Assembly (NCBI GenBank): GCA_951406725.2
Contig: OX597834.1
Location: forward strand, 33,542,001-33,606,000
DNA: 64,000 bases
DNA from: Octopus vulgaris
Taxonomy: Eukaryota
Direction: 5' to 3'
Made by a program: the position numbers and the translations under genes. Below, piece by piece: positions 27,001 to 41,900 of the stretch. The stretch's first letter is position 1. Each line of letters opens with the position of its first letter. Below the pieces are notes generated by a model, which ran no database searches, was not told the origin of the DNA, and saw only the letters and a list, made by a program, of their open reading frames with translations.

Positions 27001-30000
27001 ACTGGGTTACTATGGCCCCAGGTGCCAGTCTGACATCAATGAATGTGCCAGCAACCCCTGTTTCAATGGAGGGTCTTGTATCAATGGAGTGAGCAGGTAA
27101 GATATGTTATTCTTTTACTTATTTCAGTCATTTAATTGCAACCATGCTGGAGCGCTGCCTCGAAGAGTTTTAGTCGAACAAATTGACCTCAGGACTTATT
27201 TGTCAAAGGCTAGCACTTATTCTATCAGTCTTTTTTGTTGAACTGCTAGATTACAAGGACATAAACATACCAACATCAACTGTCAAGCAATGGTGGTGGG
27301 GACAAACACAGACACGCAAATATATACATATATATATATATATAAGACGGGCTTCTTTCAGTTTTTGTCTACCAAATCCACTCACAAGGCTGTGGTCAGC
27401 CCGAGGTTATATATAGTAGAAGACACTTGCTCAAGGTACCACGCAGTGGGACTGAACCTGGAACCATGTGGTTGGGAAGCACAGGATCTTTGTTCTGCAA
27501 ATTACTTGGTGACTCCACCAGTGCTGGTGTTCCCAGTCAACACTGTAAAGTAGTTGGTGTTTGGAAGGGCGTCCAGCTGTAAAATCCATGCCAAAACAAG
27601 CCTCACCAGTGCTGTTGCCATGAAAAAAGCACTCAATCCACTCTGTGAGGCGATTAGTGTTCAGAAGAGCATCCAACCATAAAAACTCTGCCAAAACTGG
27701 CAGTAAGGCCTATTCCAGCTCTTGTCAGACCATCTAACCCATGCCAGCATGGAAAACGGATGTTAAATGATGAGGATGGTGGTGATGATGATTGTTTGTG
27801 CCGCACAATGATCTCATTGGAACACAGTGTTCAATGTGTTAAGAAAGTTAAGGTATAATTTGATGGAGATCTGGTTGCTATTTCTAACAGGACAAGTTCT
27901 ATGTAGAAGATCCCGTGTTGGTTGGGTATTTTATTTGTAAGCTTTCATCTAACGACTGAGGTATTTGAGTGCTTTTTCTTTATCTCCAGATACTTTTGTA
28001 AGTGTCGTCCTGGTTACACTGGTGAAAATTGTCAGTCTGATCTTCAAGAATGTGCGTCAAACCCTTGTCAGCATGGTGGCACCTGTAACGATAAACACAA
28101 CTACTATGACTGCACCTGTCGACCAGGTTATACAGGTGAGTGGGTATAATTTTACTTCGTTGAAATCATTTCAGATATTTTAATTGATTCTTCCCCCCCC
28201 CAACACACACACACCTTTGCTTCTGTGTAAGAATTGGGTCAGTATTATGGCACCAACTGTGAATGCAAAAGACTCAATATGATGTGTTTGTTTGTGCATC
28301 TATGAGTGCAACTTTTAGTTGTTTCAGTCGATAGACTGCAACCATACTGGGGCACAGCCTAGAAGAATTTTTCGTAGAATGTATTGCCCAAGGTGCCACA
28401 CAGTGAGGCCGAACCCTAAATAATGTGGTTGAGAAGCAAGCTTCTTACCACACAGCCACACCTATAAGATATATGATGGTGTTTCGGACATTGAAGACTA
28501 AGATCCCCTTTGGCTGGGCATGGCTATAGTAGGGGGTCAGTGGCTTTATGCCGGATGAATGATTGAAGTCTGAATGAAGGGAACAGAACAGGCTCTTGCT
28601 GTAAAGGAGCTAGTGACATGCTTACTTACATTATTGAAGAGTGGGTGAGTGTATCCAGAGCGGAACTAAAGAGAGGGGAGAGAGAGGGAGATAAATTAGT
28701 TGTGTTGAGGTACCAGGGTGAATCTTTGGTGAATGAAAGTGGGTGGAGATGTAAGAACTGGGAGCATGGGTGGGTAAAGGTTGTAAGAATGTTTGGGAAG
28801 GGCGAAAGATGGAAATGTTAAAACAATGGTAAAATAAAATCTGATACTTTTCAAATGGAATTCTAATAATTAAAAAAAAATACTGGACTATTTTTCTCTT
28901 TAAATAGGCAAAAATTGTGATCTGGATATAAACGAATGTAGCAGTAATCCATGTATCCATGGGAAATGTTCCAATGAAATGGATCACTACAAATGCTATT
29001 GTGACGAATCGTACACTGGCAGAAATTGTGAGATCAAAATGGAGCCTTGCAAGTCAAATCCTTGTGTTCATGGCAGTTGTGAAGCAACTAACGGTTATAC
29101 AGACTACCAGTGTCTGTGTCCACCTGGATATTACGGTAAGTTTCTTTTGTTTACACCCTACCTGCTCATCTACAATGATTTTAGACTACATATTAACATA
29201 TGCAGAGGATTGGCAGTCATTAAGGGCATTGGGATAGAATGTCTCAGGGCACTTGTGCCAACTCTCTATGCTCTAAGTTCAAATCCTGCTGCAGTCAACT
29301 TTACTTTGCATTCTTTTGGGGTTTGACACAAAAAAAAAAAAACCCATCCTAAACTTGGATGGTGGATTGCTGTAACTTTAAGAATAAGCTCTATATGTTT
29401 CAAGATCAAATCCTACCATGGCTTGCTTGCTTGAGTGGTAGACTTGATTTTACTATCCTATTTAAAATACCACCTACCTGATATCTTGGGTACTTTTAGC
29501 AGAGTTCGCCCTGTTGCAAGTATTTGGGCAAGGTCTCTGGTTTGGTGATACCTTCTTTCCTCTTTTACTGACCTTTTACCAGTGTCAGAGGGCTTGTAAT
29601 GGTGTTGCTTTTCCTTTCTTTTGTCAGGATGGTGGGCATCTAGAAGTCGTTTTCACTTTTGAGCACTTAAACTGGGCAAATCCAGTCTGTATCTATCTAA
29701 ATCAAGCCTTTCACATTGAACCTACAATGACATTGTAAAAATAAACAATCACATCATTGAAATTTTGAAGCTATGAGATAATGCATGATTAATTCAAAAC
29801 AATGTAACTGAAAAAGCATTGCATTTGACCAAGTAATCTAATTGGTAAATGGTTGAGGCTGGAATGGTTTCTAGCAATTTGTTAACATAGAACCAAGAAA
29901 GCACATGACTTAGTGCTTGTGGTTGTGAATTTAATTCTCAGAGGCATGTTGTGTCCCTGAGCAAGAGACTCTATTTCTCATTGCTCCAGTTCACTCAACT

Positions 30001-31057
30001 GGAAAAAAAATTAGTTGTACCTATGATTCAAAGAGCTTGCCTTGTCACATTCTGTGTCACACTGAATCTCCCTGCGAACTATTGATACATTAAGAGTACA
30101 CTCTGTGGAGTGCTCAGCCACTTGCATGTTAATTTCATAAGCTGTGCCACTGATTGTATCAACTGGAACACTCATCACCATAACTGATGGGGAACCAGGC
30201 CATAACATAAAACTAGCTGCTTCTTCAAGTAGTTTGGTATCTTAGAACTAACAGCAGTCCCAGACAGGCAGGATTGCATCCAAACTGTTTAAAGAACATG
30301 ACTCATTTTTTCATCTTGATTTTAAAAAAAATTTTATTTTCATTTTCAGGTCGAAACTGTGATCAGGACCGAAATGAATGCACCTCCTCTCAACCCTGCA
30401 AAAATAGTGCAGTTTGCCAAAATACTAAAGGCTCTTATATATGTCAGTGCCGACCTGGCTATATTGGCAAGAACTGTGAGACTAATTACGATGAGTGCTT
30501 ATCATGTGAGTATATATAGTGTATGTTTGTGTGTGTGTGTGTGTGTGTATATATACACACACACACACGAGGGGATGCTGAAAAGTTCCTGGCTTTGGTT
30601 AAAAGAAAATACAAGAAGATTAGTTAATTATGATTTTACTCAATATATTCAGATGGTGGCACGTAACAAACACCATCCGAGCGTGGCCGTCTGCCAGCCT
30701 CGTCTGGCACCTGTCGGTGACACATAAAAAACACCATCCGAGCATGGCCGTTCGCCAGCCTCGTCTGGCACCTGTGTCGGTGGCACATAAAATCACCCAC
30801 TACACTCTCGGAGTGGTTGGCGTTAGGAAGGGCATCCAGCTGTAGAAACACTGCCAGATCTGACTGGCCTGGTGCAGCCTTCGGGCTCCCCAGACCCCAG
30901 TTGAACTGTCCAACCCATGCTAGCATGGAAAGCGGACGTTAAATGATGATGATGATTCCCCTCTTGGATTCATGCACTTATTGCAGTGGTCCTTTAGTTT
31001 TTCTAAGACCTGTAAAAGAACTTGGAAGGTTAGGCCTCCAACCAGGCCTTTTGTGAG

Positions 31058-31094
<37 letters not shown>

Positions 31095-32092
31095 TTAGAA
31101 AACAGAGATACAAATTAATTTAATTAATCAACATATTAACCAACAATTGTTTCATTTCTCAAATAAGATAAAAATTACAAAACATATAAAAATATAATTA
31201 TAACCATGTTAAAAAGCTATATATTGTGACTATGTATATAGATCAGATCAGATATATTTCAGATACTTTTAGCCTGTACAAAGGCTGTATTTATTGCTGT
31301 GTGCTGCTGAGAAGAATTCTCACTTTAGGCAAGATGTGTTAAAAACACCAACAGTCACTCTAAGATGTCCTCTGTTGGAGCAGTGAATACTGTAACCTGG
31401 GCTGGCATTGCCCCATAATATAATCATGTTTGTATCATGGAACTTGGAATAGTCCCAAGGCAGGTTGGCAGATAGTGACAGCATTCTAACTGAGAATGCA
31501 AAGATGGGCTTTTAACTGAGCATCACCCAAACATTTTATCTGACACTCAACCAATTTTATCAATCCACCATTTTCAGTAGTAGTAGCAGTAGTAGTTTCT
31601 TTATTTGTCACAGAGGCTATTGCAGAGCAAAATGTTAGAGAAGGAGTGTCACAATAGTGGTGGTAGTAGTAGTAGTACTGGTGATATTGGTACCCTCTAT
31701 GATAGTGATGATGGCAGTAGTTTTGGTAACAGTCCTGCTGCTACTACTACCGGTTTAGTAGTAGTAGTAGTGTCCCCCCATTCCACTTCAACCAAGAGCC
31801 ATATCCTCTCTGAAACTTTCAACTGTCTTTTTTTTCTTATATTTTTTATACTTAAAACTTTTATTTTTATTTGATGTTTCTGTTACTGGAAGCTGACTAA
31901 ATCATCATCATCATCATCATCATTAGTATTATTATTGTCATCATCGCCGCCACCACCACCATTCTTGTTACTGTAACTATCAGTCATAATCAGTGTCATC
32001 ATATCATTACCATCATCATTGTTATCATCATCATTGTGCACCACCAATGTCTGTGAAAAACTTCAGTTCCTGCTATCTTGCTTAGTAAGAAG

Positions 32093-32131
<39 letters not shown>

Positions 32132-35100
32132 TTTCAGGGCCCTGTGAAACACAACCCACTACACCATCACTGATACTTTTATTGGTCACCTAAGTACTTG
32201 TGTTGGTTGTCTTTGTTAAGGACTGTTAATGTTGACCCTTCCTACTTGAGAGGTCATCTTGTAAATCATGATCTCTGCTAATGACTTCTTGTCACTGCTA
32301 GAAACCCAAGGGAACTGACTCTGTATAAAGTGTGTGTATGGGTATGTAGAAGTGGGGAGTCGTTGGAGTAAGAGATGACTGGGTGAGGGGTGGTGTAGTT
32401 TGTGTGTGTGTGGGGGATGTTGATTCTCCAAGGACATTGTTCTTGTTTAGCTCCAGGGAAATCCTGAACCAACAGACCAATTATCAAAAAGCCATTCTAA
32501 AAATATACAATCTCATCATTGCAATATTGAAGTGATGAGATAATGTCTGATAAATTTCTAAGCAATGTGAATAAATAAACAATACATTTGAGGAAGAAAT
32601 ATGCATGCTAAGGGGTTGGCTAGGAGGGTTCATCCAAGTAAAATAGGAACCAAAAGAATCCATAGGTAAAAAAATGGTTTAGAAACACAGGTCTACATTG
32701 TTTTGTGGTTGAGAAGTTCACTTTGCAGTCATATGACTCCATGTTCAGTTCCACTGTGAGCCAAAAATATCTTCTTCTGAACCCTCATTTTGAGATCAAT
32801 GCTGTATCTGGTAAAACAGAAACTGCAGAAACTGTTTGGCAGTAGGAAGAAATCCCACTTGAGCAAGTGTTTTGGCACTTAACTTCTTAAACTCTAAGAG
32901 TAAGCCACAGTTAAGAAGTTTGTTTCCCAACCACATGGTTTCAGGTTCAGTTTTCACTGTGTGGTACCCCTGGGCAAGATGGCCCCTGAGCAAGACAGTA
33001 TCATGCATGATGTCATCTTGTATGAAAAGTGGAACACGAGACAGACAGACAGACAGAGATAGAGGTGAGGACTTATTTGAAGTAGATTTAGGCTGCTATT
33101 TCTAGCAAATTTTATTTGATGCATCTCATCTGGTATGAAAAGTAGAGCATAAGAGGGAAAGAGAGAGTGGGGTTTAAGAATCTATTTGAAGTAGGTTTGA
33201 GCTGCTATTTCAAGCAGATTTTATTTGATGCATGATGTCACTTATATGAAATGTGGAGCACGAGAGTATGGAAACGAAGTAGTCATTAAAGGGTTTTTAC
33301 AATGTTTTTCACCACCACCCCTTCTTCCTTTGCAGCTCCCTGTCAAAATGGTGGCACCTGCATTGATGGTGTGAATAAGTTCAGCTGCCACTGCGCAAAA
33401 GGTTTTGGTGGTCGCCTCTGTGAAAAGGACATTGATGAGTGCAGCTCGAATCCATGTCTGAATGGTTCTACTTGCAGAGATTACGTCGATTCTTACACCT
33501 GCTCTTGTCGACCAGGATTCAGTGGTCGCCACTGCAACAAAAACAACTATGACTGCACACAGAGGTAAATGCGCTTACTTTTTCTTAAGTATGCATTCAT
33601 ACTTGCACATACATATGCATTAACACATACTCCCACACACAGCTGTGTATATCTACATCCCTCAAAATTTACTGCGAATTATCAAACACACAAATATATA
33701 TTCATTCATGTACACAATCATACATGCACACACACACATTTGCATTTATTCAATTTATTCATGTGCATATACTCATACACTTGTATTCTCTCTCTCTCTC
33801 TCTCACACACATGCACAATTATACTTTCACAGACATACGTGCTTACATTCAGTCACACACGCACACTGCTCCAGCAAGGGCTAGTCCAGTGATTGAAACA
33901 AATAAAAGGTAAACACACAATCTGCATAGTGCATGCACACACACACTCTGTTTATGGACACACTATCATCATCTTATGTCTACTTTACCCTGCTTGTATG
34001 GGTCAGATGGAATTCGTTCATGTTCATGCAGATTTACTCTAGCTGGATGCTCTTCCAGTTGCCAACCCTCACCGGTTTCCCATGGTAGACTAGAAACAAA
34101 AACCCTTGCTAGTATGACAATGATGCTCATTTACAGCCATCACATGATGTCTAAACAAGAGTACTCACAAACACACACACACACATGCGTTTATGAGGGA
34201 GTGCTGAAAAGTTCCTGGTTTTTTGTAAAAGAAACTCCACAAGAATCAGTTAATTATGATTTTATTCAACATTTTCTCCTCTCAGATTCACACACTTATT
34301 GCAGTGGTCCTTTAGTTTTTCTAAGCTCTGTAAAAGAACTCAGAAGGTTGGGCCTCCAACCAGGCCTTTCGCAAAACCCTTAAAGCCAGGAACTTATCAG
34401 CACCCCCTCATATGTACACACACACATACACACGTGGGTGTGCTGTTAAGTTCCTGGCTCTGGGTAAAAGAAAATACAGGACGATCAGTTAATTATGATT
34501 TTATTCAACATATTCCCTTCTCAAGTTCACACACTTATTGCAGCAGTCCTTCAGTTTTTCTAAGCCCTGTTAAAGAACTAGGAAGGTTGAGCCTCCAACC
34601 AGGTCTTTTGTGATACCATTAAAATAAGGGACTTTTCAGCACCCCCTTGTATAGGATGGTCATTTACCAAATCCACCCACAAAGCATTTTTAGCCAGGGC
34701 TAGTGTTGAAGACATTTGTCCTAGATGTTGCACAGTGGGATTGAACTCACACAAATTTCTTTAAAAAAAAAAAAAGTAATTTTATTTTGTGTTTTATTGT
34801 CGGGGTAAATTTTTTCTATCATTTTTTTATGTATCATTTTTTTTTGTTCTTGTTTGTTACCCTCAGCTCTTGTCTGAACGGTGGAACCTGCATAGATGGG
34901 GTCAACACATATAGATGTAAGTGCCTTGCAAATTACACAGGCTCCAACTGCCAAACACTGATCAGAGCCTGTGACTCCAGCCCCTGTCAGAGTGGTGGAA
35001 CCTGTCAGAATCGAAACAACTCCTACATATGTATATGTCCATATGGCATGAAGGGCCCACGTTGCTCCAAGTTTATTGACTGGTGTAAGCAAGCGTCATG

Positions 35101-36586
35101 TCACAATGGTGCCACATGTATACAGAAGGCTAATGAATTCCGGTGCGAATGTCAGGACGGCTGGACAGGCAAAACTTGTGATGTCCCCCTCACAACATGT
35201 GAAGTTGCTGCGAAAAGGAAAGGTAAGACTACCTCTGTCTATGTCTCTCCCTCACTTATCACCCTTTCTCCTTCCATTTTCTTGTTTCTTTTTATTTTCT
35301 ATCTGTTGCTCCCATATACTGTATACCTGTCCCCATTCTCTCTCTTCCTACTTTTTTCTCCACCCTCTTTTTCTTGCCCTCCTCACACTCTACACCTGTT
35401 CCCCTTCTTTTTATGCTTGTCTCTCCTTTCTCCCTTTCTGCAGATCTCCCTGCTTTCACTTTGTCTGTTTTCTGTCTCCATATCTCTCTACTCTTTCTCT
35501 CTCTCTCTACCATTCTCTTTTTCTCTGTATCTACCTACCTATCTATCTGTTTGCTTTTGTCTCTCTCTTTGTCTATCCATGCATCTATTTCTATTCTCAT
35601 TCTTTGTCTTTAGGTGTTTCCACAGACAAGCTGTGTGCTAACAAAGGCCGCTGCATCAACACAAACAATGGTCACATATGCCAGTGCCCTCCAGGATTTG
35701 AAGGAAGCTACTGTATGACCGACATTGATGAATGTGCATCTGCTCCCTGCCAGAATGGTGGATCATGCATCAACATGGTAAACCAGTACAACTGTAACTG
35801 TGCTCGCGGATTCCAAGGAAAAGACTGTGAGCTGAATGTCAACGACTGTGCAAAGAACCCATGCCAGCATGGTGGGACGTGTCATGATTTGGTTGATGAT
35901 TTTATCTGTTCATGCCCTCCAGGTACCAATGGTAGACTCTGTGAAATTGACCTGATTGACTGCTATGAGAAAACATGTCACAATGGTGGGACATGCCAAG
36001 AAAAGGTCAATGGATTCTCCTGCATTTGTCCACGGGGTTTCGTTGGAAAGTTATGTGAGGGTGATGTCAATGAATGTCTTGAGAGACCTTGCGATCCAGT
36101 CGGCACAAAGGACTGCATCCAGTTGGTCAATAATTTTCAATGTAAATGCAAGGAAGGTTTCACAGGTGAGAAATTACTTTTTTTTTCTATTTTTAAGTGA
36201 ATGAATTTTTATGAAAATCATACGAACAGTACACCCATACAGTTTGTGTGTCTGTGTTTGTCCCCCCAACATTGCTTTGACAACTGATGGTGTGCTTACA
36301 TCCCCGTCACTTAGCAGTTCAGCAAAAGAGACTGATGCAATAAGTACCAAGCTTACAAACAATAAGTCCTGGGGTCAATTTGCTCATCTAAAGGTGGTGT
36401 TCCAGCATGGCCACAGTTAAATGACTGAAACAAATAAAAGAATATAAAAGGCAATTTTTTTCTGAGCCGCAATTTTTCTAAATCAGGTTGCCTGCCATAT
36501 CTTCGAAATGATCCTTACAGCAGCAAAATTCCCTATATAGCAAAGTTTCCTAGAACCATATCTATCTCTGTATCTCTCTCTCTCTC

Positions 36587-36618
<32 letters not shown>

Positions 36619-38037
36619 TAGTAGGCTTTTTTCAGTTTCCATCTACCAAATCGATGCACATGGCTTTGCTCACCCTGAGGTTGTAAAAGAAGCCATTTGC
36701 CCATGGTGTTGCACAGTGGAACTGAACCTGAAACCACATGGTTGGGAACCAAGCTTCATAGCCATACAACCATGCCTGCACCAGTGTGTGTGTGTGTGTG
36801 TGTGTATCAGTACTCTCATTATTTTCTAAATTCATTTAAACACTTTGTGTATTTCCCTAGAAACAAATAAAAGGGAATCACAAAACATGTGAACATTGTT
36901 GTCGATATTTATTATGATATTGTTTCTATTATTATTATTATTATTATTATTAAGGCAATGAACTGGCAGAATTGTTAGCAGCAGCCAGGCAAAATGCTTA
37001 GTGGCATTTTGTCTGTCTTCACATTCTGAGTTCAAATGCTGCCAAGGTCAACTTTGTTTTTCATCCTTGCAGGTCAATAAAATAAATACCAGTTGTGTAC
37101 TGGGGTTGATGTTATCAATTTATCCTCTCCCCAAACTTGCTGGCTTTGTGCCAAAATTTGAAACCATTATTATTATTATTTTCTGTTTATTTAGGCACAA
37201 CTTGTTCAACAAACGTGCCTTGTAAGAACTGTGTAACCAATCCCCAATGTTATCCTAACCAGTGCCTAAATGGGGGAATATGTATTAAAGGGATCTGCAA
37301 CTGTGAACAGGTATGTTGTTTTAGCTTTGTCACCATTTTGTCTCACTGTAATAACTGTTCTATTTTTTCTCTCACCATTGTTTTTATTTTTCATCAGCTA
37401 TTCAAAAATATAAACCTTACTCTTCATATAAGTAACCATTATCATCATACAGTCAGATGACTTGCCCCAGACCAATGCAACTCTTGCATGCCAGACATCC
37501 CAGTTGAGCAATATGGCATAAATTGTCTGGTGTGGGTTTTTTGTCACTTTGGCCTTTCGTCAGCTGAAATATCTCAGCTCTGCACACCATGAGAATGGAT
37601 GTAGTTTGCTAACTGAACCAGATGATCCTGGATGTGGAAAGTTTGTTGTCTGTTCATTTACTCAGCATCTTGTGATTTGGTCCCAGGAGACCACTTAAAA
37701 CTGCATCTTGCTAGTGAAGTGGTGGAGTCCTGGTTTGAGAGTTCGAATGTTTGTGAGGAATGTGGAACCATCTCTTAGTCACTATCATTCCCAGAGTAGT
37801 AGCATCTCTTAAGGTTCCGGTATGGGTTAAGTGATACGTATGAGGGAGTACTGAAAAGTTCAGGAAGATCTGTTATGATTTTATTCAACATATTCCCCTC
37901 ATTCAGAAGAACTGAATGACTGCTGCAGTAAGTGTATGAATCTAAGCCCTGTAAAAGAACTTGGAAGGTTGGGCCTCCAACCAGGCCTTTTGCAATACCC
38001 TTAAAGCCATGAACTTTTCAACACACCCCTCTACATA

Positions 38038-38076
<39 letters not shown>

Positions 38077-38940
38077 TAGTTTGGCAGGATCTGGCTAAAC
38101 AGAAGACTGCACCAAGCTTCACTGTCTCTTTTGGCAGGGTTTTTGCAGCTTGATGCCCTTCCTAACACCCGCTACCTTACAGAATGGGCTGAATGCTTTT
38201 TATGTGGTACCAGCACCATAAAAATCTGAATTCTTAAAGAGTTAAAAGTTCCTAAAATTTTTTAAAATCATATTTACAAGAACTCTTTTTCAATGTATAA
38301 TCCATTTTCTGAATAAAAAAAAATTTTTTTGTTGTATTTCTGAATATAGGGTTATTCTGGAACATTCTGTGAAACCCCCAACTGTGACAAGATGACCTGT
38401 CAAAATGGAGGCACTTGCATCCTGGACAGTCGTAAGTACTTGAAATGCCTTTGTGTACCTGGTACTTCGGGCAAATACTGCCAGTTCAACAACACCGGAA
38501 AGAGCTTCAATGATACCCTTGATCAGCAGAATAAACTGTGCAGAGACCGCAAGTGTGAGGAGAAAGCTAACAACAGGCGTTGTGATGTGAGTAGAGAAAT
38601 CACTGCAAAATTTACAATATAGTGAGGAGAGTGTATTTGTGTGTGTGACTGAGTTATACATGTGTGTGTCCAATGTACTTTATAACAGTGTTCCTCAGAA
38701 GTTGTTTGACCTTGTGAGTTGCAACATGATGCAAACCCCTTACTTGTTTTCAAGTAAGATTTTCATTTCACTCTGTCTTTGTATGTTGAGCTGCCAAACT
38801 GTGAGACATACAAAAGTGGCCACCACTCTTTAAGCTTTGTCAATGTAATATGTTACGTTATGAAAAAGAAACATAGCCAAAGATATGTACGTGCACACAC
38901 ACACACACAAAAGAAACAGATGTGTATGTATGTGTGTGTA

Positions 38941-38985
<45 letters not shown>

Positions 38986-41900
38986 ATTCGAGACAAAACC
39001 ACTATTTTAAAACCAAACAAGGAAAGACTTAATCAATACATAAAATTTTAATATAAATTAAATAATTATTTAATTTATTTATTTTATTTATTTATTTAAT
39101 TTTATTTAATTTATATTAAAATTTTATGTATTGATTAAGTCTTTCCTTGTTTGGTTTTAAAATAGTGGTTTTGTCTCGAATTATATTATATAATATTTTA
39201 CTATAAAATTGGATTTAACCCTAAATCTGATTTTTCCCTGTAATTTTGGATTCATTCCCTAATATTTATTATATATATATATACACACACACACACAAAT
39301 ATCGATATCTATCTATGCATGTGTTCATGTGTGAAAACACACCTCCACAGTCAGAGTGGCTTGCATCAGTCAGTGTTGACAATGTATTTGCACCTGTAAT
39401 TGAAGACTTGGCAAGGTTTTTTTTTTCCCACCTAGTGCCCTGAGTACCTAGTACTGTTCTCTCAATTCCCTTTGTTACATTGAAACTAGCAGTTGCCCAT
39501 GCATTAAAGCCTTCCCTAGTTCTCTCAAAGGGAAAGGCCTTTCTTAAAGACCAGTATTACAGTTTGGTACCAGAGTTGTCGCAGGCGTTCCCATCAGAAT
39601 TGAAAAGACTGGTACAGATAACCACAAGGTGCAATATGTTAAAATACCATTTTATATTGGTTTCAAATTTTAGTGCAAGGCCAGCAATCTAAGTGAATTA
39701 CATTGGCCCCAGTATTCAACTGGTACTTGCATTTCACCTGGTGTGGTAACGATTCTACTAGCTTGCCACCTTAATACCATTTTATATAGGCACTGTTATT
39801 TATGCATGTGTATAATGTGAATATGTATTTGTATTTCAATATTGATTTTATTTCTTTTCTTTATATATTTTTTCCACACAATTGAAGGCTGAATGCAATT
39901 CCCATGCTTGTAAGTATGACAACATGGAATGTTCCAAAGGAACCTTCCCTTTCAAGAACTGTAAGAAGCAGTCGAACGGCCGGTTCTGTTGGGACGTTTT
40001 CCAAGACAACAAATGTGACCCTGAATGTAACAATGAAGATTGTCTGTGGGATGGATTTGACTGCAAAGACAAACAAGCTGCTTGCAACCCTGTCTATAAA
40101 GCATACTGCTCAGAAAACTATGGAAATGGCATGTGCGATAAAGGCTGTGATAATGAAGAATGTCTTTGGGATGGTCTGGACTGCGATAAGAACAAAGAAA
40201 GTTTAGCTGTCGGAACGTTGGTACTCATCGTTCTTGTGCCTCCAGAGACATTTCGGAAGAGTGCCACCCAATTCATCTGGCAACTTGGTGCACTCTTACA
40301 AACTGTGGTCCGACTCAAGCGTGGCGAGGATGGGAATTATATGATTTATCCATGGTACCAAGATGAGGAGGCAGATAACAAGGTGAACTTAGTGAAACGT
40401 TACATTACTCAACTGCTACGCACAGAACATCGGCTTTCACGTAGGGCTGCAGTTGTTAGAGGGTAAGTAAAACAGTCTTTCTATGAAAAATAATTATCAA
40501 CATCATCATTTTTTAACATCCATTTTCCATGCTGGCATGGGTTAGATTGACATGGAGTTGACCATGCTCCAATTGTCTGTTGTAGCATGGTTTCTATAGT
40601 TGGATACCCTTCCTAATGCCAACCACTTTCCAGGGTGTGCTGGCTGCTCTTTACATGTCACCAGCACAAGTGAATTTTATGTAGCACTGGCACCTGCAAA
40701 GCACAAACCCATATGTATGAATGACAGCGATTTTACTTAACTTGCGAGTCTCCTGTTCCCTTGTCATTTCCTCAGTGAAGACCAGTGTCCAAAGATCCTT
40801 TCTTACCATTTTGTCCTACGTCTTCCTGGGTTTACCCAACTCCCATTGAAATGGTCAGAGTTATTGCTTTTTTTCTTTTGTCTACACTTCTGACTGACTG
40901 AAAGGCCCCAAAACTACTAATCTTCTTTTAACCCATTAGCATTTAAGCCAGCCATATCTGGCCCAAATATTCTACTTGTTTCTTTTCAAACTGGCCCCTT
41001 ACACCTAGGAATCATTTTCCCATGTTTGCATGAGTTTATTGAGTCCTATTTTCTGCAGCTAGATGCCCTTCTTGTTACCAACCCTCACCTATTTCCAAAC
41101 AAGGTAATACTTCCCTATTGCCAGACACATTTTTCACAGAATTTTGAAAATGAACAACACTGCTTGTATGACAGTGATGCTCATTTACACTACTGTGTCA
41201 TGTCAAGACCAGAAGACACACACGCATGTTTGTATATGGCAGAGATCTTTCCATTTCTACCCTCCCAGCCTCTCAAAAAGCTTTGATCAGCTCAAGGCTG
41301 TAGTAGAAGACACTTGCCCAAGGTGCTACACAGTAGGACTAAACCTGAGACCAGGGGAAGCAAACTTCTTATTATGGTTATTTATACATATGAACACGCA
41401 CTGCACATGTAATATAAGGACTGTGCTGGTGGCACATAAAAAGCACCATTTGAGCATGGTCGGTGCCAGTGCCAGCTGACTGGCCCCATGACGGTGGCAT
41501 GTAAAAAAACACCCACACTACACTCTTGGAGTGGTTGGCGTTAGGAAGGGCATCCAGCTGTAGAAACATTGCCAGATCAGATTGGAGCCTGGTGCAGACT
41601 CTGGCTCGCCAGCGCTCAGTCAAACCATCCAACCCATGCCAGCATGGAAAGCGGATGTTAAACGATGACACTGATGATGATGACATTAGTATGGGTGTGA
41701 ATACATCTCTATAGATGCATGCCTGCATGGAATATTTCTAAGTATTTTCAATGCAAAACTTTCTGTCAGAAGATAACATTTTTATTAATTAATTAACATC
41801 AATATTTATTTTCCTTCTTTTTTGCATTCTCTACTTTCTCCTCCTCCTCCAGGACAAAAGTGTTTGTTGAAATTGACAATCGGAAATGTCAGGGCAGCAC

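Noticed and set aside
35076-36200. 374-aa ORF as a single coding unit
   Set aside because: It is stop-free only because intron 35223-35613 is a CT-rich tract. The true coding part starts at the acceptor at 35614.
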